A program made the position numbers and the translations under genes. A DNA stretch of 64,000 nt, from the IMG/VR virus record IMGVR_UViG_3300044800_000286; one strand, given 5' to 3'. The notes under the pieces are model-generated. The model did not search any database. It worked only from the letters and a program-made list of their open reading frames with translations, and was not told where the DNA came from. This document shows positions 27,055-37,765 of the stretch, in pieces; within the stretch, counting starts at the first letter, position 1, and every line of letters begins with the position of its first letter. The stretch comes from a virus.

Positions 27055-29762
27055 TGTCGACGATCCGCAACATTTCGCAGACGGTGCAGGAGCGGGAAAT
27101 AATCAAGACCGCCCCCGATGTTGTCGTGTACCTTGAGGGTCTGCCCTACCTGCTGAATTATTTCATCGACGATCCCAACACGAAAGCGCACTACAGCATC
27201 GTGAACTTCAACGACCATGTGACCTCGTTCAATGCCGGGTACGACACGGAGGCTTTGGTTCCGCAGGCGTCCTTCGGCCTTCAGGTGCCCAACTATCTGA
27301 AGAACCTGTACATGATGCCGGGCGGCAACAACCTCATCCAGACGATGATGGAGGTGCAAATCTTTGCCAAGGGGTACTTTCTCGCCAGCAACGGCGACAC
27401 GGTGTACCGCCGCGTCTTCAAGGGCTTGGTATCGCATATCGGATATTCGGACAACGGCAGACTCCTTGAGATATCCGTGCAGTGCCACGGCACGCTGCAC
27501 TTCCTAGAATTGATGCAGATCAACTTGAGCCCCTCCATACAGACCGCGATAGACAGCCATGTGGAGGCTGTAAACTGGAGCACCATCTTCGCTTTCAAAA
27601 ACCCCTATTTGATCCTCGCGGCGATGTTCGTCTACGGGCTCAACACGGCGGGATTCCAGCAAACTAACTTGAACCAGGACTCGCCGTCCCTCCAGTCCGA
27701 CAGATACTCTGCGGCGGTCTCCGCCGGTTACATCGCCAAGTGGCAGGCGATTTTGTCGGGCATTGCCAAGGATGTCCACATTTACGGGGTTTCGTACAAG
27801 GATGTCCTCGACAAATCGCAGGTGAAACTTTCCGATGTCATAAACAGCAGGGCGAAGAACACGCTTCCGGCGCAGTCGGTAGCGTCGCCGACAAAGGCTA
27901 CGCCCGACCAGCAGGCGGACATATACTACGGCATGATCAGGGGATACCATCCGGACGCGACGATGACCGGCTTTAATCAATTCAACAACAAGATCGTGTC
28001 TCGGCTGGAGAACATCCGCCAACTCATCCAAGCCATAGAGTTTGAGGGCTATCAGGACGTGGACGGCAAGATCATCATCAAGCCGCCTCTGTACAACCTT
28101 GACGTGACAAACCTTGGTCCGATGAATCAAAAAACTTCGCAAACCGCGCAAGGGTCCGGAGATGCATATTCCAGCGCCTCTAATCCCCTGACGGAAATCC
28201 AGGAGCAGACCAATCCGTTTGTTGTTTTCTTGTCCGAAATCCTCACGGAAAACGAGACGGAGGACCAAGCGGCAATCCGTAAAACCCGCGTGACCTGCAT
28301 GGGGAACTTCAATCCCGGCATGCAGATTGCGTATAACGATGTGCTTCTTTCCGTGGGCGAATGGATCGACATCGACAAGCTCAAGAAATTCGGGCTGCGC
28401 GAGGAGCCCACGATCAAGGTGCCATGGATCGGGGATGACAAGCTAGCTCTCAGCATCCATGCCGTGGTGGAGACTGTCAGGGCCAATCGCGGGTACCGCA
28501 CCTACACGGTTACTATACCGTTGCGCCCGGAACTGAAGCTCGGGTTTCCGATCTATTTCCCGCACAAGGATTTCTACGGGTACGTCAAGAGCCTCAGCAT
28601 CCAGTACCAGGTGGGCGGCAACGCCACCATGACAATCATGTGCGACTCTATCCGCCGCAGGGTTTTGATCCCCGCGCAGGCGACGGATTCCAACGGAGCG
28701 CCCTACACGTATTTCTACAGCGCCCCGAATCTTGTGTACCAATGGACAAAGGACAACTCTTCGAACGCTTCGACAGGCCCGAATCCCGAGCAGTCCCCCG
28801 GAAACAGCCTCCAGTTTTACCAGAGCTATTTTGCCTCGCTCGCGCAAGGCGGCACATCCAGCGGCAGCCAGTCCCAGGATTCCCCCGCTATACCCACGAA
28901 CCAGCCGGGCTCCCTGCCCGCTACGCCGGAAGTGCAGCCGACTGCCGATGACTATATCCTGCGGACCTTGACCTCGCAGCGCCTCGCTTCGACTTGGGTT
29001 TTCCAGCCCGACACAGCAAGCGCCAGCTATGTCGTGAAGCAGGACACTTCGTATTATGTCAATGCGCGGCTTGTAGACAATCAGTATTTCAGGGACGTTT
29101 GGGGAGGCGACGGCGGCACAAGCAGCGTCATCCCGTACACGGACGGCAAGGGATACGAAGTACTGGCTCCTTTCCCGTGGGGCCGCTACAAAGACCTCCG
29201 CACGGTTATCAAGGATGTCACGGAACTGGGTTACGTCGCCCAACCTACTGATGTGAGCGGAAACGCACAGGAGAGCCAGCAGGACATCAATGTCCTGAAC
29301 GCCACTAACTCCTTCCTGTTCGCGGGCCTCGGCACGCCTACGGCCACGTCGAGTCCGTCCAGCCAGCTTATCAGCGCCTTGGCCCAGATACAGAACGAAG
29401 CGGACACGGATACGGTGATAGTCCTCGATTATTCCGGCAGCCAGACCAGCAACGATACGCAACTGCTCAATACTATGCAGCCCGACATACAGGGGCAGCT
29501 TGATGCATCGCTAGCAAGCCAGACACAAAATGCCGGGAATCAATTGATCGACGTATTAGTAACTGGGGCGGTCTCTCCGGTCAAGAATGCCCGTCAAGTG
29601 ATGCAGAATATAAACTCAACGCCGCCTTCGCCAGCGGCCGGAGCCGGGCCGGGCAAGACGGCGGCCCAGTTCGCCAACACGCCCCCGACAATTGCGCCGG
29701 GGGCTGGTGCAACGCCGAACACTTCGACGGAGCTTGACCAGTTCAAGGGAGCGGACGATTAA
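27054..29762 (+). CDS. baseplate hub protein (gp27/gpD-like)
   Basis: VFKGLV, EFEGYQDVDG.IIIKPPLYN, LRPELKLGFPI..YVKSL motifs; synteny. Confidence 0.7.
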   Translation: MSTIRNISQTVQEREIIKTAPDVVVYLEGLPYLLNYFIDDPNTKAHYSIVNFNDHVTSFNAGYDTEALVPQASFGLQVPNYLKNLYMMPGGNNLIQTMMEVQIFAKGYFLASNGDTVYRRVFKGLVSHIGYSDNGRLLEISVQCHGTLHFLELMQINLSPSIQTAIDSHVEAVNWSTIFAFKNPYLILAAMFVYGLNTAGFQQTNLNQDSPSLQSDRYSAAVSAGYIAKWQAILSGIAKDVHIYGVSYKDVLDKSQVKLSDVINSRAKNTLPAQSVASPTKATPDQQADIYYGMIRGYHPDATMTGFNQFNNKIVSRLENIRQLIQAIEFEGYQDVDGKIIIKPPLYNLDVTNLGPMNQKTSQTAQGSGDAYSSASNPLTEIQEQTNPFVVFLSEILTENETEDQAAIRKTRVTCMGNFNPGMQIAYNDVLLSVGEWIDIDKLKKFGLREEPTIKVPWIGDDKLALSIHAVVETVRANRGYRTYTVTIPLRPELKLGFPIYFPHKDFYGYVKSLSIQYQVGGNATMTIMCDSIRRRVLIPAQATDSNGAPYTYFYSAPNLVYQWTKDNSSNASTGPNPEQSPGNSLQFYQSYFASLAQGGTSSGSQSQDSPAIPTNQPGSLPATPEVQPTADDYILRTLTSQRLASTWVFQPDTASASYVVKQDTSYYVNARLVDNQYFRDVWGGDGGTSSVIPYTDGKGYEVLAPFPWGRYKDLRTVIKDVTELGYVAQPTDVSGNAQESQQDINVLNATNSFLFAGLGTPTATSSPSSQLISALAQIQNEADTDTVIVLDYSGSQTSNDTQLLNTMQPDIQGQLDASLASQTQNAGNQLIDVLVTGAVSPVKNARQVMQNINSTPPSPAAGAGPGKTAAQFANTPPTIAPGAGATPNTSTELDQFKGADD

Positions 29763-32137
29763 TGATAGTCGAGGACAACAGGAGACTCTACAGGGAATCG
29801 CTGGTGGACAGGCGGCGCGACGATGTCAAGTTCAAGCCGTTCATCGCGCGCGTCCTCACAGTGGACTATGAGCGGCATGTCCTGACCCTTGAAGAAGTCG
29901 GCACCGCGATCATCTACAAGGAAGTGCAGTGGTTCCCCGCCTCGTCTTCTTCGGCGACAGGCGGCGAGGTGTACATGCCGGAGCAATCCTCCGTGTGCGT
30001 GGCTGCCAATATCGACTATACCGGCGGCTTCAGCGACACCGTTATCCTAAGCTGGGTGAACAGCGACACGATACGGCACATGGACGCCATCTCCCAGCGT
30101 TTCGTCGAGGGCTCGGAGCTTCAGGGATACAGCGACCGCCTCCGCGGCACGTACCGCAAGGCGTTTCCGGGGCAGAAGACATCGTCGTTCACCGGGGGCT
30201 ACTCGGAAAAGATCGACCAGGGCTGGGACCGATTGGGCTCGGACTTCAGCAGGGACAAGCTCGACACCGACCGCCGCACCTGGACGCAGATAGCCGCACG
30301 CAAAGTCACGGTGACCGGCGGCGGCTTGTCGTACCAAGGCCCGATCAATCGCCCGAATGCGCCCGGTTTGGCACCTGTCACCCTTCCGGACGGCTCTCAA
30401 GAATATATCGCCTACTTGCAGCCCGGCGCGCAGCCGTCGGATCGCTATGTCAGCGGCAAGCAGGACGTGATCCCGTTCGCGGAAAACACCGAGCTGGTGC
30501 AGGAATACTCGCTGGATTACGTTCCGCCGATAGAAACCATCCAGACGGACTTGCAGGACACGATCCTCGGCACGAATGCCGATCCGTGGGGTCGTACCAC
30601 GGTCGTCAGCCCCAGCGGCCAAGTGGCGTACGACAGCGAAACTTTCACGGTCATGCAGGGCTGGGACCACCCGGACGACACCAGCCAAAAGCCGGTAGGC
30701 CCCGCATTGGCAGAAGGCGTGACCCCGGCACGGCGGGCTTTCATCCTCGAAAAAGCGGCGGGCACGCTGGTCGGGTACAACCGCTTCGACAAGCTGACAT
30801 ACGGCAAGGTCCTCAAGCCGAGCCTGTTCATCAGTCCTAACAGCACCTCAGCTAACGGACGCTTCGGAGCGGACGTGGAGTCGGCGTATTTCCCCGTGGT
30901 TGATTCCGCAGACCATGCCGAAGCGCGCTTGGCCGCCTCCTGCATGGCGATCCGCTTCCCCTACGAGTACAACACGACCCGCTTGGACGTGACCAAGGAA
31001 GGCTTCACGAGCTTCGAGATCGGCTCGACGCTGCCGAAGGAAAATATCCCCTTGGCCGGAAATTACGAGCACCCGCACGGAGCCGGGCGCTCCTTGGAAG
31101 CCCATCTCGTGGGATCGGCCAAGCTGGTCGTCGGCAAGAACCGCGACGAGGAAGAGGCGTTGGATGTTCAGGCGTTGGGTCAGGCCGTGATCCGGCTCGG
31201 CGCGGACGATACGGGATTGCCGAACGCCCGCCGCACGGTGCAGACGCAAATCCGAAGCAAGAGCGATGCCCCCGCTGCGCGCACGCTCCAGTACTGGACC
31301 GCCAGCGGCGTCAAGCTGAAGCCCGGAGACTCCGGCGTGGACACGCAGGGCTACAACAAGACAGGAGCGGAGAATGTCTCGCTTCGCGCTGCGCTCGACG
31401 GCTCCGCCGCCGTGCGCCTCGGCGCTAGGAACCCCGCCGCCAAACGCCGCCATCTCATAAACGGCTATCAGGATGGCCCGGGCAAAACGGCTTACGCTGT
31501 GGGCGATACAAGTCGCAAGGACGCCTATTCGCCGGGACGCCCCAACTATGGCGCTGGCGACAGCATCTATGCTTTCAACAACCTTACGGTAGCGGGGCAG
31601 CCGACTCTCAACATGCTTCCGTTCAACACGGCCGCGTGGAGCGGCACGCCAGTCCCGAGCGATCCCAGCACTACAGGCAACACGGCGATGGACCAGCACG
31701 GGCTGTCTCTCGACCTGCATTCCACACGGGACATCCTTGTGCGCGTAGGGTCGAACCCGGTTTCCGGCCAATCCATTTTGCTCGACACGGACGGCGGATT
31801 GGTCGCAGTCATTGGCGCTGACAAGCAGGGGCGCTCGGTCACAGCTACGTTGCTCGGCGGCTGCGAGATCGTCATAAGGCCGAACAAGCAGTACAAGGCG
31901 TTGCGCATAGAGCTTGAGGGCGACATCGACATCACCCACAAGGGGAACCTCCAATACAACTGCACGGGCGATTTCATCACCGAATGCACCAATTGGCGGC
32001 ACGTCACCAAGGTGGACAAGATTTTCACGCAGCAGAAGTCCATCGAGATGTCCCTTGTGCGGCACACCATCGAGGCACCGGATATTGTTTCAAATCAAGG
32101 CTCTCAGCAACCCGTTCCCGGCGATGAAAACAGCTAG
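29762..32137 (+). CDS. baseplate central spike (gp5/gpV-like)
   Basis: N-terminal OB-fold-like ARVLTVDYE..MPE; C-terminal beta-repeat region. Confidence 0.6.
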   Translation: MIVEDNRRLYRESLVDRRRDDVKFKPFIARVLTVDYERHVLTLEEVGTAIIYKEVQWFPASSSSATGGEVYMPEQSSVCVAANIDYTGGFSDTVILSWVNSDTIRHMDAISQRFVEGSELQGYSDRLRGTYRKAFPGQKTSSFTGGYSEKIDQGWDRLGSDFSRDKLDTDRRTWTQIAARKVTVTGGGLSYQGPINRPNAPGLAPVTLPDGSQEYIAYLQPGAQPSDRYVSGKQDVIPFAENTELVQEYSLDYVPPIETIQTDLQDTILGTNADPWGRTTVVSPSGQVAYDSETFTVMQGWDHPDDTSQKPVGPALAEGVTPARRAFILEKAAGTLVGYNRFDKLTYGKVLKPSLFISPNSTSANGRFGADVESAYFPVVDSADHAEARLAASCMAIRFPYEYNTTRLDVTKEGFTSFEIGSTLPKENIPLAGNYEHPHGAGRSLEAHLVGSAKLVVGKNRDEEEALDVQALGQAVIRLGADDTGLPNARRTVQTQIRSKSDAPAARTLQYWTASGVKLKPGDSGVDTQGYNKTGAENVSLRAALDGSAAVRLGARNPAAKRRHLINGYQDGPGKTAYAVGDTSRKDAYSPGRPNYGAGDSIYAFNNLTVAGQPTLNMLPFNTAAWSGTPVPSDPSTTGNTAMDQHGLSLDLHSTRDILVRVGSNPVSGQSILLDTDGGLVAVIGADKQGRSVTATLLGGCEIVIRPNKQYKALRIELEGDIDITHKGNLQYNCTGDFITECTNWRHVTKVDKIFTQQKSIEMSLVRHTIEAPDIVSNQGSQQPVPGDENS

Positions 32138-32241
32138 TATCAAACATATGAACATGATACAGTATATTTCCAGCAAACCGGAAAAACAGCAGCCTCCACT
32201 TTTTGAACCACCAAAAGCACTTACAGGAGTGTGTTTCTGGC

Positions 32242-33018
32242 ATGTTCGTTTACGCGATTGTAAACTCTCAAAACCTAAAGCTTTATATAGGCAAGACGAT
32301 AAGGTCGGATTTGGACAAGTATCTTCGAGAAAAGGTTTGGTGTGCTCAGACCGAAAAATACCGAGGACGTTCTCGCCTTTTTGCGGCGATGCAGAAATAT
32401 CCCTCCACAGTTTGGTCGATTCATCCGCTCTTCCAAGGACAGACTGATGTGGAAATTTGCGCCCACGAAAAACTGCTTGTTAAGGCTACAGCCAGTCAGA
32501 ATCCGGTTGTCGGGTATAACATTCGTGATGGCGGGGTTGGGGGCTCCTATTCTTCGGAGCATTGTTTGAAAATGAGTGGGCTGATGAAAATAATTATGAA
32601 TCGTCCAAGTACTAAAACCAATGTTTCGGCCGCCCAACGAAAGAGGTTTGCAAATCCGGAGAATCGCAAGAAACACGCTCTCGCTTTTGCTACATCGTCT
32701 GCAAAGGAAAACAGGAAGGTGGCTCAAGCATGGAGATTGACACATTCCCCAATAGAACATACCGAACAGTGGAAACAAGGGCAGTCTAAGCGGGCCTTAC
32801 GATGGCATCACGACCCAACTAATTGCGGAGCCCGCTTGTTACGGGCACAACGAATTAGCGCCTCCAAAAAAGCCAAGAGTAAACCGCTCCTTGAAAAAAC
32901 ATGCCCGACTTGCATGAAGACATTCTTCATAAAATTCAAAGAGCGTAATAGAAGAATTTATTGCTCTAAATCGTGCGCTTCACGACGTAGATGGCAAAGC
33001 TGTAAGGAGAACAGCTAA
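32242..33018 (+). CDS. GIY-YIG homing endonuclease
   Basis: VYAIVN..KLYIGKT, GYNIRDGG, C-terminal CxxC..YCSxxC. Confidence 0.85.
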   Translation: MFVYAIVNSQNLKLYIGKTIRSDLDKYLREKVWCAQTEKYRGRSRLFAAMQKYPSTVWSIHPLFQGQTDVEICAHEKLLVKATASQNPVVGYNIRDGGVGGSYSSEHCLKMSGLMKIIMNRPSTKTNVSAAQRKRFANPENRKKHALAFATSSAKENRKVAQAWRLTHSPIEHTEQWKQGQSKRALRWHHDPTNCGARLLRAQRISASKKAKSKPLLEKTCPTCMKTFFIKFKERNRRIYCSKSCASRRRWQSCKENS

Positions 33019-36000
33019 TGTCTACCCCTCCCATCATTCCGTCAAGCGTGCTGATGTGGCCGATCACGGCCAAGGGCGCGATCAATCGGCACAACCCGCT
33101 CGGCGATCCCACAATCGAGAAGTACTACCACAAAGCGCTGGAAGACGGACGCTGGCTGGAACGGAACATCGCGGAAGCCAACCACTGGCTGCTCCAGAAG
33201 CAGCAGCTTGTCCTAGCCAAGATCAAGACCTACACGGACATGAACAAGCTGGCCGTGGACGGGCAGCTTAAGCGCAATCCCCGCAAGTTCAAGTACATCG
33301 CCGACTCGCTCGCTTTCTTGCAGGAAGTCAACCAGTTCCAGAAAGATGTCGTTGCGCTGGTCCAAGCGACCACGCAGAACATCGCCCTGCTCGCGGCGAT
33401 GGAGCAGAACCTCCTCAAGATGGTGCAGTCCGTTCTGAACTCGCTGGCGCTCCTGCTGAACCAAGTCTGCAACTGGAACCTGCCCAAGCTTCCGTCGCTC
33501 CCGAACTTGCTGCCGGACGGCATGTTCAACTGGAACGGCTTCAATTTCTCCTCCTTGGCGGCGTTCGCGGCGCTCAAGCCCAACCTGAATTTCAACGCAA
33601 ACTTCTCGTTCAGCCAATGCAGTCTTGGGCTGCCCAACCTCGGCAACCCGGCGGCCAATCCCCCGGCGTCCATTACGGGCTACAGCGGCAACACTCTCGG
33701 CACGCAGCAAATCGTTCCGCCCCTCGATGGGACGGTCCCGCCCGCGGGACAGAGCTTGACCGATCCGCTGTATGTCGCCCAGATGCAATCGACAACCACC
33801 CCGGTCTACGGCCCGGCGTTCAATCCGAATTCCTCCATGATCGGCGCGGTGCCCGATCCCAGCACGATCATCTCGGATTACCAGATGCCCGCGCAGACGT
33901 ACCAAAGCAATATCGTGAGCATCGTCCCGTCGCTCACCGGCAACACCGTGGAGCCCGGCGACGCGGATTACAGCAATCCCAATCTCTTGGTGCGGCAGCC
34001 GAACCTTCAGAAGGATTTGATCCACTACATCAATCTCGATTCCGTAGTTTCTTCCGGCTTTGATCCGTATGTCACGTCCGCATGGCTGTTCTACATCGAC
34101 ATCTGCCGCAACGGCCGCGCTGGCAATTGGCTGCCCCAATACCAGAACGCGTTCACGACGTACATCCAGCCGTCCATGGCGAGCTTGGCGGCCAACGCCG
34201 TGCCGTGGAACAACGTGCTCGGCGGAACCGGCGTGAGCGATACGCCGAAGGATATCCCGTTCACCGACACGCTGAAAGCGATGCCGACCGCGCAGCAGCA
34301 GCTTACCCTGTGGAAGCTGTCCTACGTGGAGGCCGCCTTGCTCGGTTACACGAGGTCCAAGACGTGGGATGCCTATCAGGATGCCAATTACCTCAGCGGC
34401 ACGACAGGCTCCGACCTCGACTACAAACCGACCAGCGTCAACTACGCCAGCACAACTACCGCCACGCTTGGAACGGGAACCGCTGAATATCCGACGCCTT
34501 GCACATACCCGACCGCCATCGCCGCCATCTTCAACGAGGTCGTGGCGCAGGCAACCTTGGACATCCGGAACGATGTGACGTACGAATCTCCGCGCCTCGG
34601 GAACCGTTTCGTGTACGATCAGTTCGCCCAAGCGACCCTCGTGGACCGCTTCACGCAGTTCTGGCGGGACTTCAACACCAACACGGTCTCCCTGCTGGCG
34701 CAAGACCCCTACCTCGTCCAATTCGCCGTCACCTATTTCGGGACGCTGAACGGGGCGCTGAATCCCCTCGGGGACCAGACCGCCTACACGGCGCTGAAAG
34801 CGGATGTGGCGATCCGCAACCGTGCTTGGACGCCCGGCACGCCGTTGCTCGCCATTCCTGTAGCCCCTGTTGTCACCTACGCGAACGACAGCGCGCCGGG
34901 AGCCGGGGCGAGCGGGTGGTCCGGCATCAATTTCGACCCGAACGCGTTCCTAGCCCGTCCGGATGTACAAGGGCAGCCGATTCCCGTGCAGATGGCCATG
35001 CTGCGGACGAACATCAGCTACGCCGCGCTCATGCAATATCAGCAACAGGCAGTCAACGCGATCAATGATCAGATCAATACCGCCAACAGCCTGTTGGCGC
35101 TGGCGCAGCAGCTTGGCTTCGCGGTCGAGTCGGTGTCCGTCGCCACGGTCGTGCCTGCGGGCTCTCCCGGCGTCCCCGTGGCTTTCGACCAAGCGGACTT
35201 CGACCTCACGGGCAATGTGACCAACCAGACCACCTTCACGATCCGGGCGACCGGGGAATACACCTACGCCGGGACGCTCAATTGGGAGGGCACGGACTCA
35301 GGAGAACTCTACACGGTGACCGTGCTGCAAAACAGCGTGGCTATCCTGACCGAGTCCACCGATCCGTCCTTTACGCCTCCGATCAGCCAGTCGTTCACGG
35401 GCTACGGCAACTTCGCCGAGGGAGACGTGGTGCAGGTCATCGCGAGCCATTCGTTCTCCTCGACGGAGACAGTAGGGGCGGGAAGCTCGTTCACCATGAT
35501 CCAATCCGGGCCTGCGGCTCCCTCCTTGCAGGTGCCGTCAAGCGCGACGAACAACACCAAGCAATTCACGGCGGATGGCAGCATGTCGGCGCTGACGGCC
35601 TTCAGCATCCAGCCGGACGGCGGGATCGCCCCCATCGACCCCACAATCGTGCGGGGGCACCTCACCGCCCCGATCACCGAAGTCTCGGTGATAAGCGATG
35701 TCCTGACGGTCACTTGCATTAACAGCTTCACAGCCGGGCAGACCGCTTTCTTCTACGGGCTTACCGGGGCGGCGTTCCTCAACGGGCAGTCGGCCGTAAT
35801 TGTTACCGCCAGCCCCACCCAGTTCACGGCGAACTTCGCCTACACGGACTCCCCGCCCACGGACTATCCGCCAACCCCGGAGACCACGGGCGTGGCGAAC
35901 AGCGGCACGGTCCTTTTCCCGTTCGTCGATGGGGCGACCCTGACCGCGGTTTCCGCGGGCGGCACCGCGGAATGCGGCACCACCTACGGCGGGGCGTTTC

Positions 36001-36209
36001 AAGCCGCCGGGGCGAGCTTCACGGTCGGCGGGCTGCTTTATGTTGGTAAAGGTGGAATTTTAACCCAAGACTACTCATCATTGATAACGGGCTCGCCTGA
36101 TGCTAGTGTAGGTCCGGTCCAATGGATCATTTGCGTCGGTCGGGCGATGGCATCGGACACATTCATCTACGAGCCGCACCTGCCGCAGCGAATCGTGAGC
36201 CTGTCGTAA
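33018..36209 (+). CDS. large virion structural protein
   Basis: 1063 aa, low charge, C1q-like and FLNG beta modules near the C-terminus. Confidence 0.65.
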   Translation: MSTPPIIPSSVLMWPITAKGAINRHNPLGDPTIEKYYHKALEDGRWLERNIAEANHWLLQKQQLVLAKIKTYTDMNKLAVDGQLKRNPRKFKYIADSLAFLQEVNQFQKDVVALVQATTQNIALLAAMEQNLLKMVQSVLNSLALLLNQVCNWNLPKLPSLPNLLPDGMFNWNGFNFSSLAAFAALKPNLNFNANFSFSQCSLGLPNLGNPAANPPASITGYSGNTLGTQQIVPPLDGTVPPAGQSLTDPLYVAQMQSTTTPVYGPAFNPNSSMIGAVPDPSTIISDYQMPAQTYQSNIVSIVPSLTGNTVEPGDADYSNPNLLVRQPNLQKDLIHYINLDSVVSSGFDPYVTSAWLFYIDICRNGRAGNWLPQYQNAFTTYIQPSMASLAANAVPWNNVLGGTGVSDTPKDIPFTDTLKAMPTAQQQLTLWKLSYVEAALLGYTRSKTWDAYQDANYLSGTTGSDLDYKPTSVNYASTTTATLGTGTAEYPTPCTYPTAIAAIFNEVVAQATLDIRNDVTYESPRLGNRFVYDQFAQATLVDRFTQFWRDFNTNTVSLLAQDPYLVQFAVTYFGTLNGALNPLGDQTAYTALKADVAIRNRAWTPGTPLLAIPVAPVVTYANDSAPGAGASGWSGINFDPNAFLARPDVQGQPIPVQMAMLRTNISYAALMQYQQQAVNAINDQINTANSLLALAQQLGFAVESVSVATVVPAGSPGVPVAFDQADFDLTGNVTNQTTFTIRATGEYTYAGTLNWEGTDSGELYTVTVLQNSVAILTESTDPSFTPPISQSFTGYGNFAEGDVVQVIASHSFSSTETVGAGSSFTMIQSGPAAPSLQVPSSATNNTKQFTADGSMSALTAFSIQPDGGIAPIDPTIVRGHLTAPITEVSVISDVLTVTCINSFTAGQTAFFYGLTGAAFLNGQSAVIVTASPTQFTANFAYTDSPPTDYPPTPETTGVANSGTVLFPFVDGATLTAVSAGGTAECGTTYGGAFQAAGASFTVGGLLYVGKGGILTQDYSSLITGSPDASVGPVQWIICVGRAMASDTFIYEPHLPQRIVSLS

Positions 36210-36389
36210 AGCTTTGAAACCACTGGCATTATTAGAGTTTTCCTCAACTTTTTCCGCTATCGAGTATTAGATAGAACTAGGATACAAAAGGAGTAGCTTT
36301 TTACCCCTGAGTATCCTATAATGTTTTGAGGAGGTATGGCGCGAGATTGGCAGCCTTAGCTCGGGAAAACTGAAACCTTAGGAGAACAC

Positions 36390-37004
36390 ATGCAGACACT
36401 ACTTCGGGTGGTCGGTATGACACTCATGGCGGCCCTGCTGTGGACGCCCCCAACGTTCGCAGCGACTCACAGAACTAAGGCGCAGAAGGACACGGTTCAT
36501 AGTAACCACGGTTCAATTGGCACTGCGTCTCACAAGAAACACCCGGCAAGTCACGTCAAGCTGGTCTATTGCGATTGGCACGTATGTAGGGACGAGAAGC
36601 CCCATTGGTTGGGAAAGGCATCATTCTATGGACGCCATTATTGGCAGGGAAGACGAATGGCCAATGGCAACCGTTTCGACTACCGCAAGCCGACCGCAGC
36701 TACGTGGGGTATTCCCCTTGGCACCATGGTCCAGATCACCAATCTTGGCAACGGGAAATCGGTCATCGTGGAGATCACCGATCGCGGCCCAGCACATTCT
36801 CTCCATAGGGTCGCAGACCTTTCCCAAGCCGCAGCCGAACAACTGGATTATATTCAACAGGGAACCGCTACGGTTCTGATTCAGGTCATTGTGGATGTGG
36901 AGCCTGAATCCGCGGTCCTTGAGGCCGATCTGATCGAGCTTGAATCCCCGTTGGCTTTGGAGGCCGTGTCGCTCGCCGTATCGCCGATTTCTGGACGGGA
37001 CTAG
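36390..37004 (+). CDS. rlpA: RlpA-like (DPBB) lytic transglycosylase with signal peptide
   Basis: GKASFYG..MANG..TAA..LGT.V.ITN..NG..V.ITDRGP..R.ADLS.AAA. Confidence 0.9.
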   Translation: MQTLLRVVGMTLMAALLWTPPTFAATHRTKAQKDTVHSNHGSIGTASHKKHPASHVKLVYCDWHVCRDEKPHWLGKASFYGRHYWQGRRMANGNRFDYRKPTAATWGIPLGTMVQITNLGNGKSVIVEITDRGPAHSLHRVADLSQAAAEQLDYIQQGTATVLIQVIVDVEPESAVLEADLIELESPLALEAVSLAVSPISGRD

Positions 37005-37016
37005 TATTAGGGGAGT

Positions 37017-37382
37017 ATGAAGATACTCAATCTCCCCGACGTTTTGCACGAATATCTGATCCATCTGCTTGAGACCCATGCCGCCCGCGGCATCCATCCC
37101 GAGGAGGGCATGGCAATCGCCCGCCTGTGGGATTGCGTCAACAACCGCGCAACGACCATTCCCGACGCCGAGATCGAAAAGATGGTGAAAGCCGGGACTC
37201 CCCCGGTTCCGGGCGATCCGCCATCGGCTCCCCGCATTCATTCCGCTGCCGATCCTCATGAGCCGGACACGCCCCGCCATTCGGAAGAATGCAACCGCGG
37301 CGTCACCTCCAAGGGCTGCCCGACCTGTGATCCCCCCATCCCCGTTTCTTGGACAGAATCGAAAGCCAATCCTCCGAGGTAA
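37017..37382 (+). CDS. hypothetical protein
   Basis: GGAG RBS; operon context. Confidence 0.6.
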   Translation: MKILNLPDVLHEYLIHLLETHAARGIHPEEGMAIARLWDCVNNRATTIPDAEIEKMVKAGTPPVPGDPPSAPRIHSAADPHEPDTPRHSEECNRGVTSKGCPTCDPPIPVSWTESKANPPR

Positions 37383-37384
37383 CC

Positions 37385-37732
37385 GTGTTCGAGGAAGACA
37401 TGGAAGACGGCGAGACCCCGACGACCCACGTGCTGGCGGGGTTTTGCCTTTTCATGTCCCTTGCCGCCCGAGCCGACGAGAACGGGAAGACGGAGGTTCC
37501 CACCGACGAGCACGGCGAGGACGACATCGTCGTTCTGACCCAATGGGCCAACGAGTACCTGCTGGCCAACAAGCCGCTCACGGAGGAGGAATGCGGCACC
37601 CTGAGGGAGCTCGGGGCCAGATGCGAGCTTTCGGAAGCCGAACTCAACGGCATGATGTCTTTGGCAGAGGGTGGCATCGGCGTGCTGGACATCCGCATGA
37701 TCAGCCTGAACGCGCCGATCGAGCCGAATTAG
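37385..37732 (+). CDS. acidic hypothetical protein
   Basis: GAGG RBS with GTG start; coding bias. Confidence 0.6.
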   Translation: MFEEDMEDGETPTTHVLAGFCLFMSLAARADENGKTEVPTDEHGEDDIVVLTQWANEYLLANKPLTEEECGTLRELGARCELSEAELNGMMSLAEGGIGVLDIRMISLNAPIEPN

Positions 37733-37765
37733 CTTTCCGACCCCCTATTATGGGAGATTTCATTC

